A stretch of DNA of 64,000 nucleotides from Candidatus Dojkabacteria bacterium (GTDB lineage Bacteria; Patescibacteriota; Dojkabacteria; J137), in assembly GCA_040006935.1 (NCBI GenBank), contig JBDTVZ010000003.1, positions 66,224 to 130,223 of the forward strand. Reading direction: 5' to 3'. Position 1 is the first letter of the stretch; every line of letters starts with the position of its first letter. The translations under genes and the position numbers were made by a program. This document shows, one piece after another, positions 18,826 through 26,483 of the stretch. The notes below the pieces were generated by a model. The model was given only the letters and a program-made list of their open reading frames with translations. It was not told the origin of the DNA and did not search any database.

Positions 18826-18851
18826 ACTCAAGAGCTGATATAATTCAGATT

Positions 18852-20609
18852 ATGAAGAAAATTATTACAATATTTCTACTAACTGCCTTACTTGTATCTC
18901 CCCTACTCGCTAAGGTTAGTAATGCAGCCACGCTTAAGAGAACTTTTACAAGAGAATATGACGTTGTTGATGACCATATAGTTGTAAAGGAAAGTAAGAG
19001 TTTCCAATTTGATAGTAATGGGCTACTAGTCCCTGCAGGTTCGGATGAACAATTTACAATTTTTAATCCCATCAATATAGATCCCGATAGAGATAGTAAA
19101 CTTCAAAAGACAAAAGATTCAATTATACTTCTGGATGGTGATGGGAATAATTTAACGTATACAACAGAAGCTACCGATGGAGATAATTTATTAATAAAGT
19201 TTAAATTTCCCCGTGATATTAGCTTTTACACCCCCTACTCTGTTTCCTTAGAATATAATTCCTATGGTTTATTAGTAAAGAGTGGAAATATTAGAGATGT
19301 GTATGTTCCGGCATTTGCACAAGATTATGTTTTCAGTGATTCTCAGTATGAAGAAGATGTTGAAACAAAAGTTGTGATTCCAAAAAGTTTAGGTGAAATA
19401 AATTTTGTGTTGCCGAATTCTACAAGGACTGAAGATTCAGATAATTTTATAATTAACTTTAATAAGGAAGATTTAGTCGGACAAACTGGATGGATTCAGA
19501 TTGGGACAAAACAATATTATAACTTTTCAATAAAACAATCTTACGTTCAAACGTCTCCATTTGGATTTATTCAAAATAGTTATAAGATATTAATTCCTCG
19601 GGATATTAATGCAGGTGTGATTAAACAACGAGTCTACTTTTCAAAAATTTCTCCTGAACCTTATTCCGTTACTAATGATGAGGAAGGAAATTTATTTGCT
19701 GAGTTTAGAGTCCCATCGAACGAATCTGGAGATATACTAATTGAAGGGTATGCAGAACTTAACCAAGATAATTCGGTTGATTTTAAAAATTCTGGAAAAC
19801 TTTCAGATATTGATCCACAGATAGTTAAAGGTAACACTTCGTCTGCACAATATTGGGAATCCGATAGTCCAGAAATTAAAGCTGCAGTTGCAGAAATTTT
19901 TACAGGAAAAGATATAAACAGCATGAGTATTTATGATATTTCACAGACTATTTACAATTTTGTAATTAATAAAATTGACTACAGCAATATAAAAAGATTT
20001 GGAATAAATGCAAGGCAAGGAGCACTTGCAACTCTCAAAGGTGGGGCAGCGGTATGTATGGAGTATTCTGATCTATATATTGCACTTATGAGAGCAGTTG
20101 GAGTTCCAACTAGAGCTGCATTCGGATTTGGTTATTCAGCTTTGGATAATGCCGACGCAGGAGATAATACTATTAATCACCAATGGGCAGAAGTTTATAT
20201 TCCATCAATTAAAAGTTGGATTGGAGTTGATACAACATGGGGAGAAAATGGGAATATTCTAATAGGTGGAGACTTAAATCACTTCTATACTCATGTTGCA
20301 AATAAATCTCCTACAACCCCAAGTACAACTGAAGTAAGGATATTAGGTAATACAAATGAAATTCCCGAAAGAGTTTCTAATGTAGATGCGATAGCATCTA
20401 TTCCAACAACAGAATTAATTACTCCGGAAGAAATGAAAGTTAAATATATAAAACCAAATACTTTCGATATAAATAATTTACCCGATAGTTCCTACAATAC
20501 TTTCAAAGTTTTGCTCGCACTTTTGATTACAATCGCAATCATTGCGCCATTTATAATAAGAAGAAAGTTAAAAAGAAAGATCGTAATTAAATCAATGAAT
20601 ATAACGTGA
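18852..20609 (+). CDS. Secreted/anchored transglutaminase-like cysteine protease domain protein
   Basis: Signal peptide MKKIITIFLLTALLVSPLLA. The transglutaminase core has Cys (GGAAVCMEYSDLYIALMRAVGVPTR), His (NHQWAEVYI) and Asp (GVDTTWG). A C-terminal TM plus KRK tail is present. Confidence 0.6.
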   Translation: MKKIITIFLLTALLVSPLLAKVSNAATLKRTFTREYDVVDDHIVVKESKSFQFDSNGLLVPAGSDEQFTIFNPINIDPDRDSKLQKTKDSIILLDGDGNNLTYTTEATDGDNLLIKFKFPRDISFYTPYSVSLEYNSYGLLVKSGNIRDVYVPAFAQDYVFSDSQYEEDVETKVVIPKSLGEINFVLPNSTRTEDSDNFIINFNKEDLVGQTGWIQIGTKQYYNFSIKQSYVQTSPFGFIQNSYKILIPRDINAGVIKQRVYFSKISPEPYSVTNDEEGNLFAEFRVPSNESGDILIEGYAELNQDNSVDFKNSGKLSDIDPQIVKGNTSSAQYWESDSPEIKAAVAEIFTGKDINSMSIYDISQTIYNFVINKIDYSNIKRFGINARQGALATLKGGAAVCMEYSDLYIALMRAVGVPTRAAFGFGYSALDNADAGDNTINHQWAEVYIPSIKSWIGVDTTWGENGNILIGGDLNHFYTHVANKSPTTPSTTEVRILGNTNEIPERVSNVDAIASIPTTELITPEEMKVKYIKPNTFDINNLPDSSYNTFKVLLALLITIAIIAPFIIRRKLKRKIVIKSMNIT

Positions 20610-21322
20610 TGTTGTTATTCGAAGAATCAGAATGTATACTAAAATATATGAAATCATATTTACACACAGACATTCAAACTGATTCTAATTCTGTTTTTAC
20701 CAAGCTATATTCTTGGAAATCTCCAGAAAGATATTGGGTACCAAGGGACCGTGCTTGGTTTACTGTATATACCATCTTCTTCTTATTGATAATTCTAGCT
20801 GGAGTACTTTTAAAAGAATTCATTTTTATACTTGCAGTTTTAGCATTCGCATTCTTGTGGTTTGTAAATGCAATAATCCCCCCTGAAATCACTGAACATA
20901 CAATTACAACTATTGGTGTTAGAACTTATGGGAAGTTATATCGATGGAAGAGCATAAAACATTTCTGGTTTTCCGAAAAAGATGACGTAGTTTTTTTACA
21001 TTTAGATATTAAAGAAGACGACACAAAGACAATTACTAAGAGAATAACCTTAATTTTAAATGAGCCCGGACAAGATAACGTAATATTTGATTTCTTAATT
21101 CGATTTATTGATTTTGGCGAGAAAGAAGAGATCTCTTTCAGTTATTTAACAAGACTTACAGAAGGGAAATATTATGAAATTGAAAAATACCTTCCAGATG
21201 AAAAGATTAAAATAATGCACGACAAAAAAGATGACGTTAAAAAGAATACTAATGAAAATTCTTCAAACAAAGGCACCTCTCTTTTAGACAAACTCGCAAG
21301 CATCAAAAACTCCAGCAAGTGA
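20606..21322 (+). CDS. Membrane protein, unknown function
   Basis: Two TM helices after an N-terminal segment. The start overlaps the previous stop (gtgATGA). Confidence 0.35.
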   Translation: MMLLFEESECILKYMKSYLHTDIQTDSNSVFTKLYSWKSPERYWVPRDRAWFTVYTIFFLLIILAGVLLKEFIFILAVLAFAFLWFVNAIIPPEITEHTITTIGVRTYGKLYRWKSIKHFWFSEKDDVVFLHLDIKEDDTKTITKRITLILNEPGQDNVIFDFLIRFIDFGEKEEISFSYLTRLTEGKYYEIEKYLPDEKIKIMHDKKDDVKKNTNENSSNKGTSLLDKLASIKNSSK

Positions 21323-21407
21323 TATAATCAACGTAAAATCTTGGTGATTCCGGCTGGAGCCAGGAGAATTTAAGTTCAATTCTTTATCTTAGCCTTATTC
21401 TTAAAAA

Positions 21408-21481
21408 GCATCTGTAGCTTAATTGGATAGAGCTTTGCTTTGCGGAAGCAATGGTTGTGAGTTCGAGTCTCACCAGGTGCA
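21408..21481 (+). tRNA. tRNA-Arg (anticodon GCG)
   Basis: Manual fold: acceptor GCAUCUG/CAGGUGC, D-arm GCUU..GAGC, anticodon stem UUGCU/AGCAA, loop UUGCGGA, T-arm GUGAG-UUCGAGU-CUCAC. Confidence 0.7.
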
Positions 21482-21555
21482 ATATAAAGGATAAGATTAA
21501 GAATTTAGGAATATTAGGCCTTAATTCTGAATTCTTAAACTCAATTCTTAATATT

Positions 21556-21615
21556 TGGAGAGGTGGCTGAGTGGTTGTCAGCCAGAGGCTGATCCGCCTT
21601 TGGCGGAAAAGTGCT
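21556..21615 (+). pseudogene. tRNA-Ser 5'-half duplicate with a 29-nt GC-rich D-loop insertion (tcagccagaggctgatccgcctttggcgg)
   Basis: ggagaggtggctgagtggttg and aaagtgctcgtct are identical to the intact tRNA-Ser 5' half at 21651. The insert lies between them and similarity ends after the anticodon stem. Confidence 0.6.
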
Positions 21616-21650
21616 CGTCTTGGGTCAAGGTAATATTATGCATGTAAATT

Positions 21651-21735
21651 GGAGAGGTGGCTGAGTGGTTGAAAGTGCTCGTCTCGAAAACGAGTGTTCC
21701 GCAAGGGATCGCAGGTTCGAATCCTGTCCTCTCCG
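21651..21735 (+). tRNA. tRNA-Ser (anticodon CGA), long variable arm
   Basis: Manual fold: acceptor GGAGAGG/CCUCUCC, anticodon stem CUCGU/ACGAG, loop CUCGAAA, variable arm GUUCCGCAAGGGAUC, T-arm GCAGG-UUCGAAU-CCUGU, discriminator G. Confidence 0.8.
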
Positions 21736-21752
21736 TAGAACTTAGTACGCAG

Positions 21753-21795
21753 TGAATCCTGCTTGCCTGCCGGAATGAAATGAAGGCAGGTCCTC
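21753..21795 (+). repeat. Duplicated tRNA-Ser 3' end (gaatcctg..tcctctccg) interrupted by the 29-nt element cttgcctgccggaatgaaatgaaggcagg
   Basis: Direct comparison with 21716-21735. The element carries the CTTGCCTGCC..GGCAGG hairpin, the same motif as the repeat family and the hairpin at 10395. Confidence 0.55.
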
Positions 21796-21825
21796 TCCGT
21801 TCTACTTTTCTGTTAAAATATTATC

Positions 21826-22242
21826 GTGATTGATAAAAAAATTAATAAAAAGAAAGATATTATTGTACCTGGTGGAGTCGATCAGTACATTGATAATCAG
21901 CCAGTAGAGGTTCAAGAAAAGTTAAATATTATTAGATCCACAATAAGGGAAGTCGCTCCAGGATCTATCGAAACTGTCAGCTATTTTCAAATACCTGGAT
22001 ATTCATACGAAGGCTATGACTACAACGGAATGTTTACCTGGTTCAGTTTCAGTAGTCCCAATATTCGCTTACATGTACGGCCACCTGTATTACAAAACTT
22101 TTCTGATGAAATTAAAGATTATACTAAAACTAAAGCGATTCTAAGCTTTCCCCTGAACGAAGAAATTCCCGTTAGTTTGGTAAAGAAACTTGTGAAAGCA
22201 AGTATTCAAGAAATGAAGGGAAAGAAGGAATCAAAGCAATAG
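21826..22242 (+). CDS. DUF1801 (YdhG-like) domain protein
   Basis: Sequence pattern recalled from this family; weak. Confidence 0.4.
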   Translation: MIDKKINKKKDIIVPGGVDQYIDNQPVEVQEKLNIIRSTIREVAPGSIETVSYFQIPGYSYEGYDYNGMFTWFSFSSPNIRLHVRPPVLQNFSDEIKDYTKTKAILSFPLNEEIPVSLVKKLVKASIQEMKGKKESKQ

Positions 22243-22308
22243 TTATAAACGGTGGCGGAAATAGAATGAAGACCCATACTCTCCGTCTCTTTTTGCTAAA
22301 ATAACTTT

Positions 22309-22617
22309 ATGAATAAAATTATTTCTGGTGGTGTAGCACACAAAATGCCAGCCGATTTACGAAAAGCTTTATCTTCTGACTCAAAAGCGCTTGCATCGTG
22401 GGAAAGCCTAACACCTCTTGCGCGTAATGAATGGATTTGCTGGACAATTGATGTTAAAAAAATTGAAACAAGAAATGAACATGTTGCAAGAGTTATCTCA
22501 GAACTCAAAGAAGGAATGCGAAGGCCCTGTTGCTGGTTAGGTTGTACTCATCGTAAAGACAAAGCAATAAGTCCTTCTGTGCAATTTGTATTAAACAAGA
22601 GATCGAAAGTTAAATAA
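22309..22617 (+). CDS. YdeI/OmpD-associated family protein
   Basis: LTPLARNEWICWTIDVKKIETRNEHVARVISELKEGMRR matches the family C-terminal block. The GC content is locally higher than in neighbouring genes. Confidence 0.5.
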   Translation: MNKIISGGVAHKMPADLRKALSSDSKALASWESLTPLARNEWICWTIDVKKIETRNEHVARVISELKEGMRRPCCWLGCTHRKDKAISPSVQFVLNKRSKVK

Positions 22618-22672
22618 ATTTTAACCTTTATCTTTTTCTTATTATAATTACTACTAGCAGAAGTATTAATAT

Positions 22673-23008
22673 ATGAAAAAGTTCCTATTCATTTGTGGCA
22701 AAAATAAATTAAGAAGCCCTACTGCCGAATTTGTCTTCAGTGATTATAATGACATTGAAACAAGATCTGCAGGTATAAATAATGATGCTGAATATATTGT
22801 TTCTTCTAAAGATATTGAATGGAGTGATTATATTTTTTTGATGGAAAAGAAATATAAAGTGAAGTTAAAGAGTATGTTTAGTGATCTCCTTAAAAATAAA
22901 AAGATTGTCATTCTAAATATTCCCGACATCTATGGCTACATGGATCCTAAATTAATTAAGGAATTAAAAGTAAAAATGCAACCCTGGATATCTGTGATAA
23001 AAAGCTAA
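22673..23008 (+). CDS. Low-molecular-weight phosphotyrosine phosphatase-like protein (CX5R P-loop)
   Basis: N-terminal FICGKNKLRSPTAE matches the C-X5-R(S) motif. The protein is shorter than typical. Confidence 0.45.
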   Translation: MKKFLFICGKNKLRSPTAEFVFSDYNDIETRSAGINNDAEYIVSSKDIEWSDYIFLMEKKYKVKLKSMFSDLLKNKKIVILNIPDIYGYMDPKLIKELKVKMQPWISVIKS

Positions 23009-23094
23009 GTTATAGCCCTGTCCTCTCAAAATTTTTCAAGATCTCTGCTTGCACGCTATACCTCAAAATGTCAAAATAAGTTGGAGGACTTAAT

Positions 23095-24216
23095 ATGACT
23101 AGAAAAGAATTACACACATTAGCTTATTCCTTTTACGTACTAATTTTAGTATTCATTATAGCAGGACTCTATATTGGCTATGTCCCCATAGACCTTGGAA
23201 ACAATTTGCTTCATCTTCAAGAAGGAAACCTTATTTCCTTCAATCCTGAATTTGTCAGAAGAACTCAGGAAATATCTGCTGTCTATGTTTTATTTTCTAC
23301 CGTTATTAGTGCACTTGGTGCATTAGTTTCGATTGGAACACGAAATATTTTTGAGATACTTGCACTTTTTTTAGTTGGAATGCTTCCTAAAGAACATAAT
23401 CATTGGGGTGTTGTTTTTGACCAGAAAACAAATCAGCCAATCTCATTCGTACCTATTAGATTGTTTCAGACGAATGGAAATAAGAAAGAATTTCTTACAC
23501 AAACAGTCACTGATACAGATGGTCGATATAGATTGCATGTGAATGAAGCTAATGTAAACGAAAGGTATCTTATAGAAATATACTATCCAGGTTACGAAAC
23601 TATTTCACAGGATGTTAATCAGTATTTAATTCTTGGTAATTATGATTTGATTCATGATATTCCATTAGTGAAATCTGATTCGGTAACGAATAAACTGAAA
23701 TCACTTTTCTATTATTACCGTCCCAAAATACTTAAGTATTTATTTCTAATTATTTACTATAGCTATATTCTACTGTGGATTTTTAATATCTTTCTACTTA
23801 TTAATTCACCGATATTTCTTAACTTTTTTTCTGTTTGTGTCCTTACTATTACTTTAGTTTGGAATGTAAAAATACTTAGATCTAAGTTAAGACCAATCAC
23901 TGGAAAGATTATTGATGCCGAAGGTAAAAAACCCCTATCTAAAGCCATAGTTAAAATTTACACTAATAAAAACCAATCTATTTCTACTGTAACTGATGAG
24001 AGTGGGATTGTAAATTTAGATATACCATCAGGTGTTTATAAAATGCTTGTTAGTGCTGAGGGTTATTTAATGCTTTCCGAAGACCCTGTAGGTTTAAAGT
24101 TAGTAAAAGTAAGTAAGGATGGATTTATCGATGAAGATGTTTTACTAAAAAAAGATACTTCAAAAGCTACGAGCTCAAAGAAAGATGGTTCAGAACTCCT
24201 AAATCCTTTTGAGTGA
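23095..24216 (+). CDS. Membrane protein with two carboxypeptidase-regulatory-like (CarboxypepD_reg) beta-sandwich domains
   Basis: Repeated blocks VFDQKTNQPISFVPIRLFQTNGNKKEFLTQTVTDTDGRYRL and ITGKIIDAEGKKPLSKAIVKIYTNKNQSISTVTDESGIVNL; several TM helices. Confidence 0.45.
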   Translation: MTRKELHTLAYSFYVLILVFIIAGLYIGYVPIDLGNNLLHLQEGNLISFNPEFVRRTQEISAVYVLFSTVISALGALVSIGTRNIFEILALFLVGMLPKEHNHWGVVFDQKTNQPISFVPIRLFQTNGNKKEFLTQTVTDTDGRYRLHVNEANVNERYLIEIYYPGYETISQDVNQYLILGNYDLIHDIPLVKSDSVTNKLKSLFYYYRPKILKYLFLIIYYSYILLWIFNIFLLINSPIFLNFFSVCVLTITLVWNVKILRSKLRPITGKIIDAEGKKPLSKAIVKIYTNKNQSISTVTDESGIVNLDIPSGVYKMLVSAEGYLMLSEDPVGLKLVKVSKDGFIDEDVLLKKDTSKATSSKKDGSELLNPFE

Positions 24217-24256
24217 TCTTTGTTAAGATTGTAAATATATAATTTAATCTAAAATT

Positions 24257-24523
24257 ATGGAACAAAAATTCTACAAACAATGCCAATCGTGCGGGATGCC
24301 ACTAGAAGATGGTAAAAATTCAGGCACAGAAAAAGATGGTAGCAAAAGTTTAAAATATTGCAATCTTTGTTATGCTAATGGAGAATTTTTGCAACCCGAT
24401 GCAACAATGGAAGGAATGCAAAAGATCACAGACGATGCATTAAAGGAAAAAGGTTGGTGGGCACCTTTAAGATGGATGGCAAAGATGCAAATTCCAAGCT
24501 TAGAAAGATGGGAAATTAAGTAA
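24257..24523 (+). CDS. Putative zinc-ribbon domain protein
   Basis: The CQSCGMPL....YCNLCY arrangement of four Cys. Confidence 0.45.
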   Translation: MEQKFYKQCQSCGMPLEDGKNSGTEKDGSKSLKYCNLCYANGEFLQPDATMEGMQKITDDALKEKGWWAPLRWMAKMQIPSLERWEIK

Positions 24524-25139
24524 TTATTGGCTTTAGAACCATTGCAGCATAGTTATCTGAGAAAGCTTCAACTTCAATCTGACGATAAGCCTCCTCTTGT
24601 TTTAGTCGTTCTTCTTTATCTTCAATATCTGATGGTCGTTTATTTGGAATGGGAAGTTGACTCAACGGCTTTTCTCCATAATTCCATTGATAACCTCCTA
24701 CGAAGTCAGTAACATTTATATTCATAAGATCTCTATTGTCCTGCGTGTACTTTTCAAAATGAAGTATATGTCCAAATTCATGGAGAAATATAAACAAAGT
24801 GACCAAATATGAGTTATTTCTCAAGAAGTCTTCGCTGATGTTAAGTTTTTGCTCAATAATTTTCAAAGAATATGGACGATTCAATTTTAAATATGAATAT
24901 AATTCATCTGGTTTTCTAAGATAATATAAATTCAAAGTTATTCGCGGATCAAGCTCTGTACGCTGATCATTCCATAGTTGTGCATAAGCAAGTCTATAGT
25001 AATTAGCGTTATCTTCGTATTTAATTTTCGTTCCTTCAAATTTTGAAAAAAATTCCTTAAATTTATCTTTACTTGATGGATACGCTTGATATATTTCTTG
25101 GAAGATATGATTCAGCTCTGAATATTTACTAACATCCAT
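24516..25139 (-). CDS. Putative HExxH metallopeptidase-like protein
   Basis: LHEFGHILHF motif only. Confidence 0.35.
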   Translation of the reverse strand: MDVSKYSELNHIFQEIYQAYPSSKDKFKEFFSKFEGTKIKYEDNANYYRLAYAQLWNDQRTELDPRITLNLYYLRKPDELYSYLKLNRPYSLKIIEQKLNISEDFLRNNSYLVTLFIFLHEFGHILHFEKYTQDNRDLMNINVTDFVGGYQWNYGEKPLSQLPIPNKRPSDIEDKEERLKQEEAYRQIEVEAFSDNYAAMVLKPIIT

Positions 25140-25158
25140 TTTGATAAAATAATAAATA

Positions 25159-25437
25159 TTATTTCTTCTTCCCAGTAAGATTCAGAGTATTTGAAGGATC
25201 ACTATGAGTTCCTCCGGAATTTACATGCTTGTCTCCTATTTGCGCTCCATTCTTAATTATATGAACAAGCGCCATTCCATGACCTCTTCCTAAATCGAAA
25301 TCGGCTTTTAACCATTCTAAAATAACTCCAGCTTTTGTGTTGGAATCAAAACCTTTCTCTTTAGCCATAGCAATGAAATCATTTGGTGTTTTTCCAGTTT
25401 TTACTTCAATATTATCTAAGTATGCTTGAAATGACAT
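25159..25437 (-). CDS. DUF4287 family protein
   Basis: MSFQAYLDNIEVKTGKTPNDF...GHGMALVHII resembles the DUF4287 pattern as recalled. Confidence 0.45.
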   Translation of the reverse strand: MSFQAYLDNIEVKTGKTPNDFIAMAKEKGFDSNTKAGVILEWLKADFDLGRGHGMALVHIIKNGAQIGDKHVNSGGTHSDPSNTLNLTGKKK

Positions 25438-25505
25438 GATTAAAATTTAATATGTATATTTAGATTTTAGCAGACAGATACGTTGTTCTAAAGTAAAATA
25501 TTCAA

Positions 25506-25769
25506 ATGACAAAAGAAGAAATATTAAAACAATTTCAAAAAATACCTAGTGTAGGGAAAGCGGTTTCTGAGGATCTCTACTCTCTTGGTTATAGATCTGT
25601 CGAAGATTTAAAAGATGAAGATCCAGAAAGAATGTATGTGAAATTATGTGAACAAACTGGAATAAGAGTTGATAGATGCATGCTCTATACTTTTAGATGC
25701 ATTGTTTATTTTGCTTCAAACAAAACTCACGATCCTGAGAAGTTAAAGTGGTGGATTTGGAAAGATTAA
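25506..25769 (+). CDS. Helix-hairpin-helix 'pathogenicity locus' (Cdd1-like) family protein
   Basis: IPSVGKAVSEDLYSLGYRSVEDLKDEDPERMYVKLCEQTG matches the family pattern as recalled. Confidence 0.4.
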   Translation: MTKEEILKQFQKIPSVGKAVSEDLYSLGYRSVEDLKDEDPERMYVKLCEQTGIRVDRCMLYTFRCIVYFASNKTHDPEKLKWWIWKD

Positions 25770-25813
25770 ATAAATTTTCTGATACAATATTCAATAATTA
25801 TTAATTTTCCTTC

Positions 25814-25957
25814 ATGACAAAATCTTCAAAAATCACAATTATAATTCTCTCTATACTTCTTGTTGCTAGCATTCTTCTAAATTTAGGTCTCGGTTTCATT
25901 GCACTAGACCGAACAATACGAGTTAATGAACTTCTTGGTGGAAATGACGGTCCATAA
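25814..25957 (+). CDS. Possible 47-aa membrane peptide (MTKSSKITIIILSILLVASILLNLGLGFIALDRTIRVNELLGGNDGP)
   Basis: Found by direct reading; it is below the ORF-track size cutoff and has one TM helix. Confidence 0.25.
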   Translation: MTKSSKITIIILSILLVASILLNLGLGFIALDRTIRVNELLGGNDGP

Positions 25958-26021
25958 CTCTCCATTTGTCTTTAAATTCAAAATATATCATAATAAACAC
26001 TGATAATATTTTTATACTTAT

Positions 26022-26483
26022 TTGACCTTGAGTAAGAAAGCAGCTGTTATATATGCAACCCATGGAGGAAATGCAGAACTTGTTGCAGAAGCATTAGCGG
26101 ATGGACTAATTGAATCAAAAGTTGAAGTTGATTGTTTAAGGTCAGAACAAACTAAAGCAACCGATTTACTGTCTTATGATTTTGTAGTTTTAATCTGCTC
26201 TACTTATGATGTAGGGCATTTGAATGACAAAATGATTAGATTAAACAATGAGTTAAGAAGTTCTGGAGATACTTTTAAAGGAAAGCAAATTGAAATTATT
26301 GGATTAGGAGACTTAGAGCATTATGATATTTTTTGTGGAGCAGCAGATATTTTAGAAGAAACAGTAAAATTAATTGGTGCTGTTCAAAAAACAGATACTG
26401 TCAGATTTAGTGGTTATCCCTACGAAAAACTTATAGAGTTTAAAAAGTGGGGAATGGAATTAAGTAAATTATGGAAAGACTAA
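26022..26483 (+). CDS. Flavodoxin-like protein
   Basis: Short-chain flavodoxin fold pattern (AVIYATHGGNAE..., IGLGD). It sits immediately upstream of the oxidoreductase genes. Confidence 0.5.
   Translation: MTLSKKAAVIYATHGGNAELVAEALADGLIESKVEVDCLRSEQTKATDLLSYDFVVLICSTYDVGHLNDKMIRLNNELRSSGDTFKGKQIEIIGLGDLEHYDIFCGAADILEETVKLIGAVQKTDTVRFSGYPYEKLIEFKKWGMELSKLWKD

Noticed and set aside
18733-18831. N-terminal 33-44 codons of the uvrD ORF
   Set aside because: The conserved helicase N-terminus (LNPPQKEAV) starts at an internal Met. The extension overlaps a repeat hairpin and the divergent promoter region.
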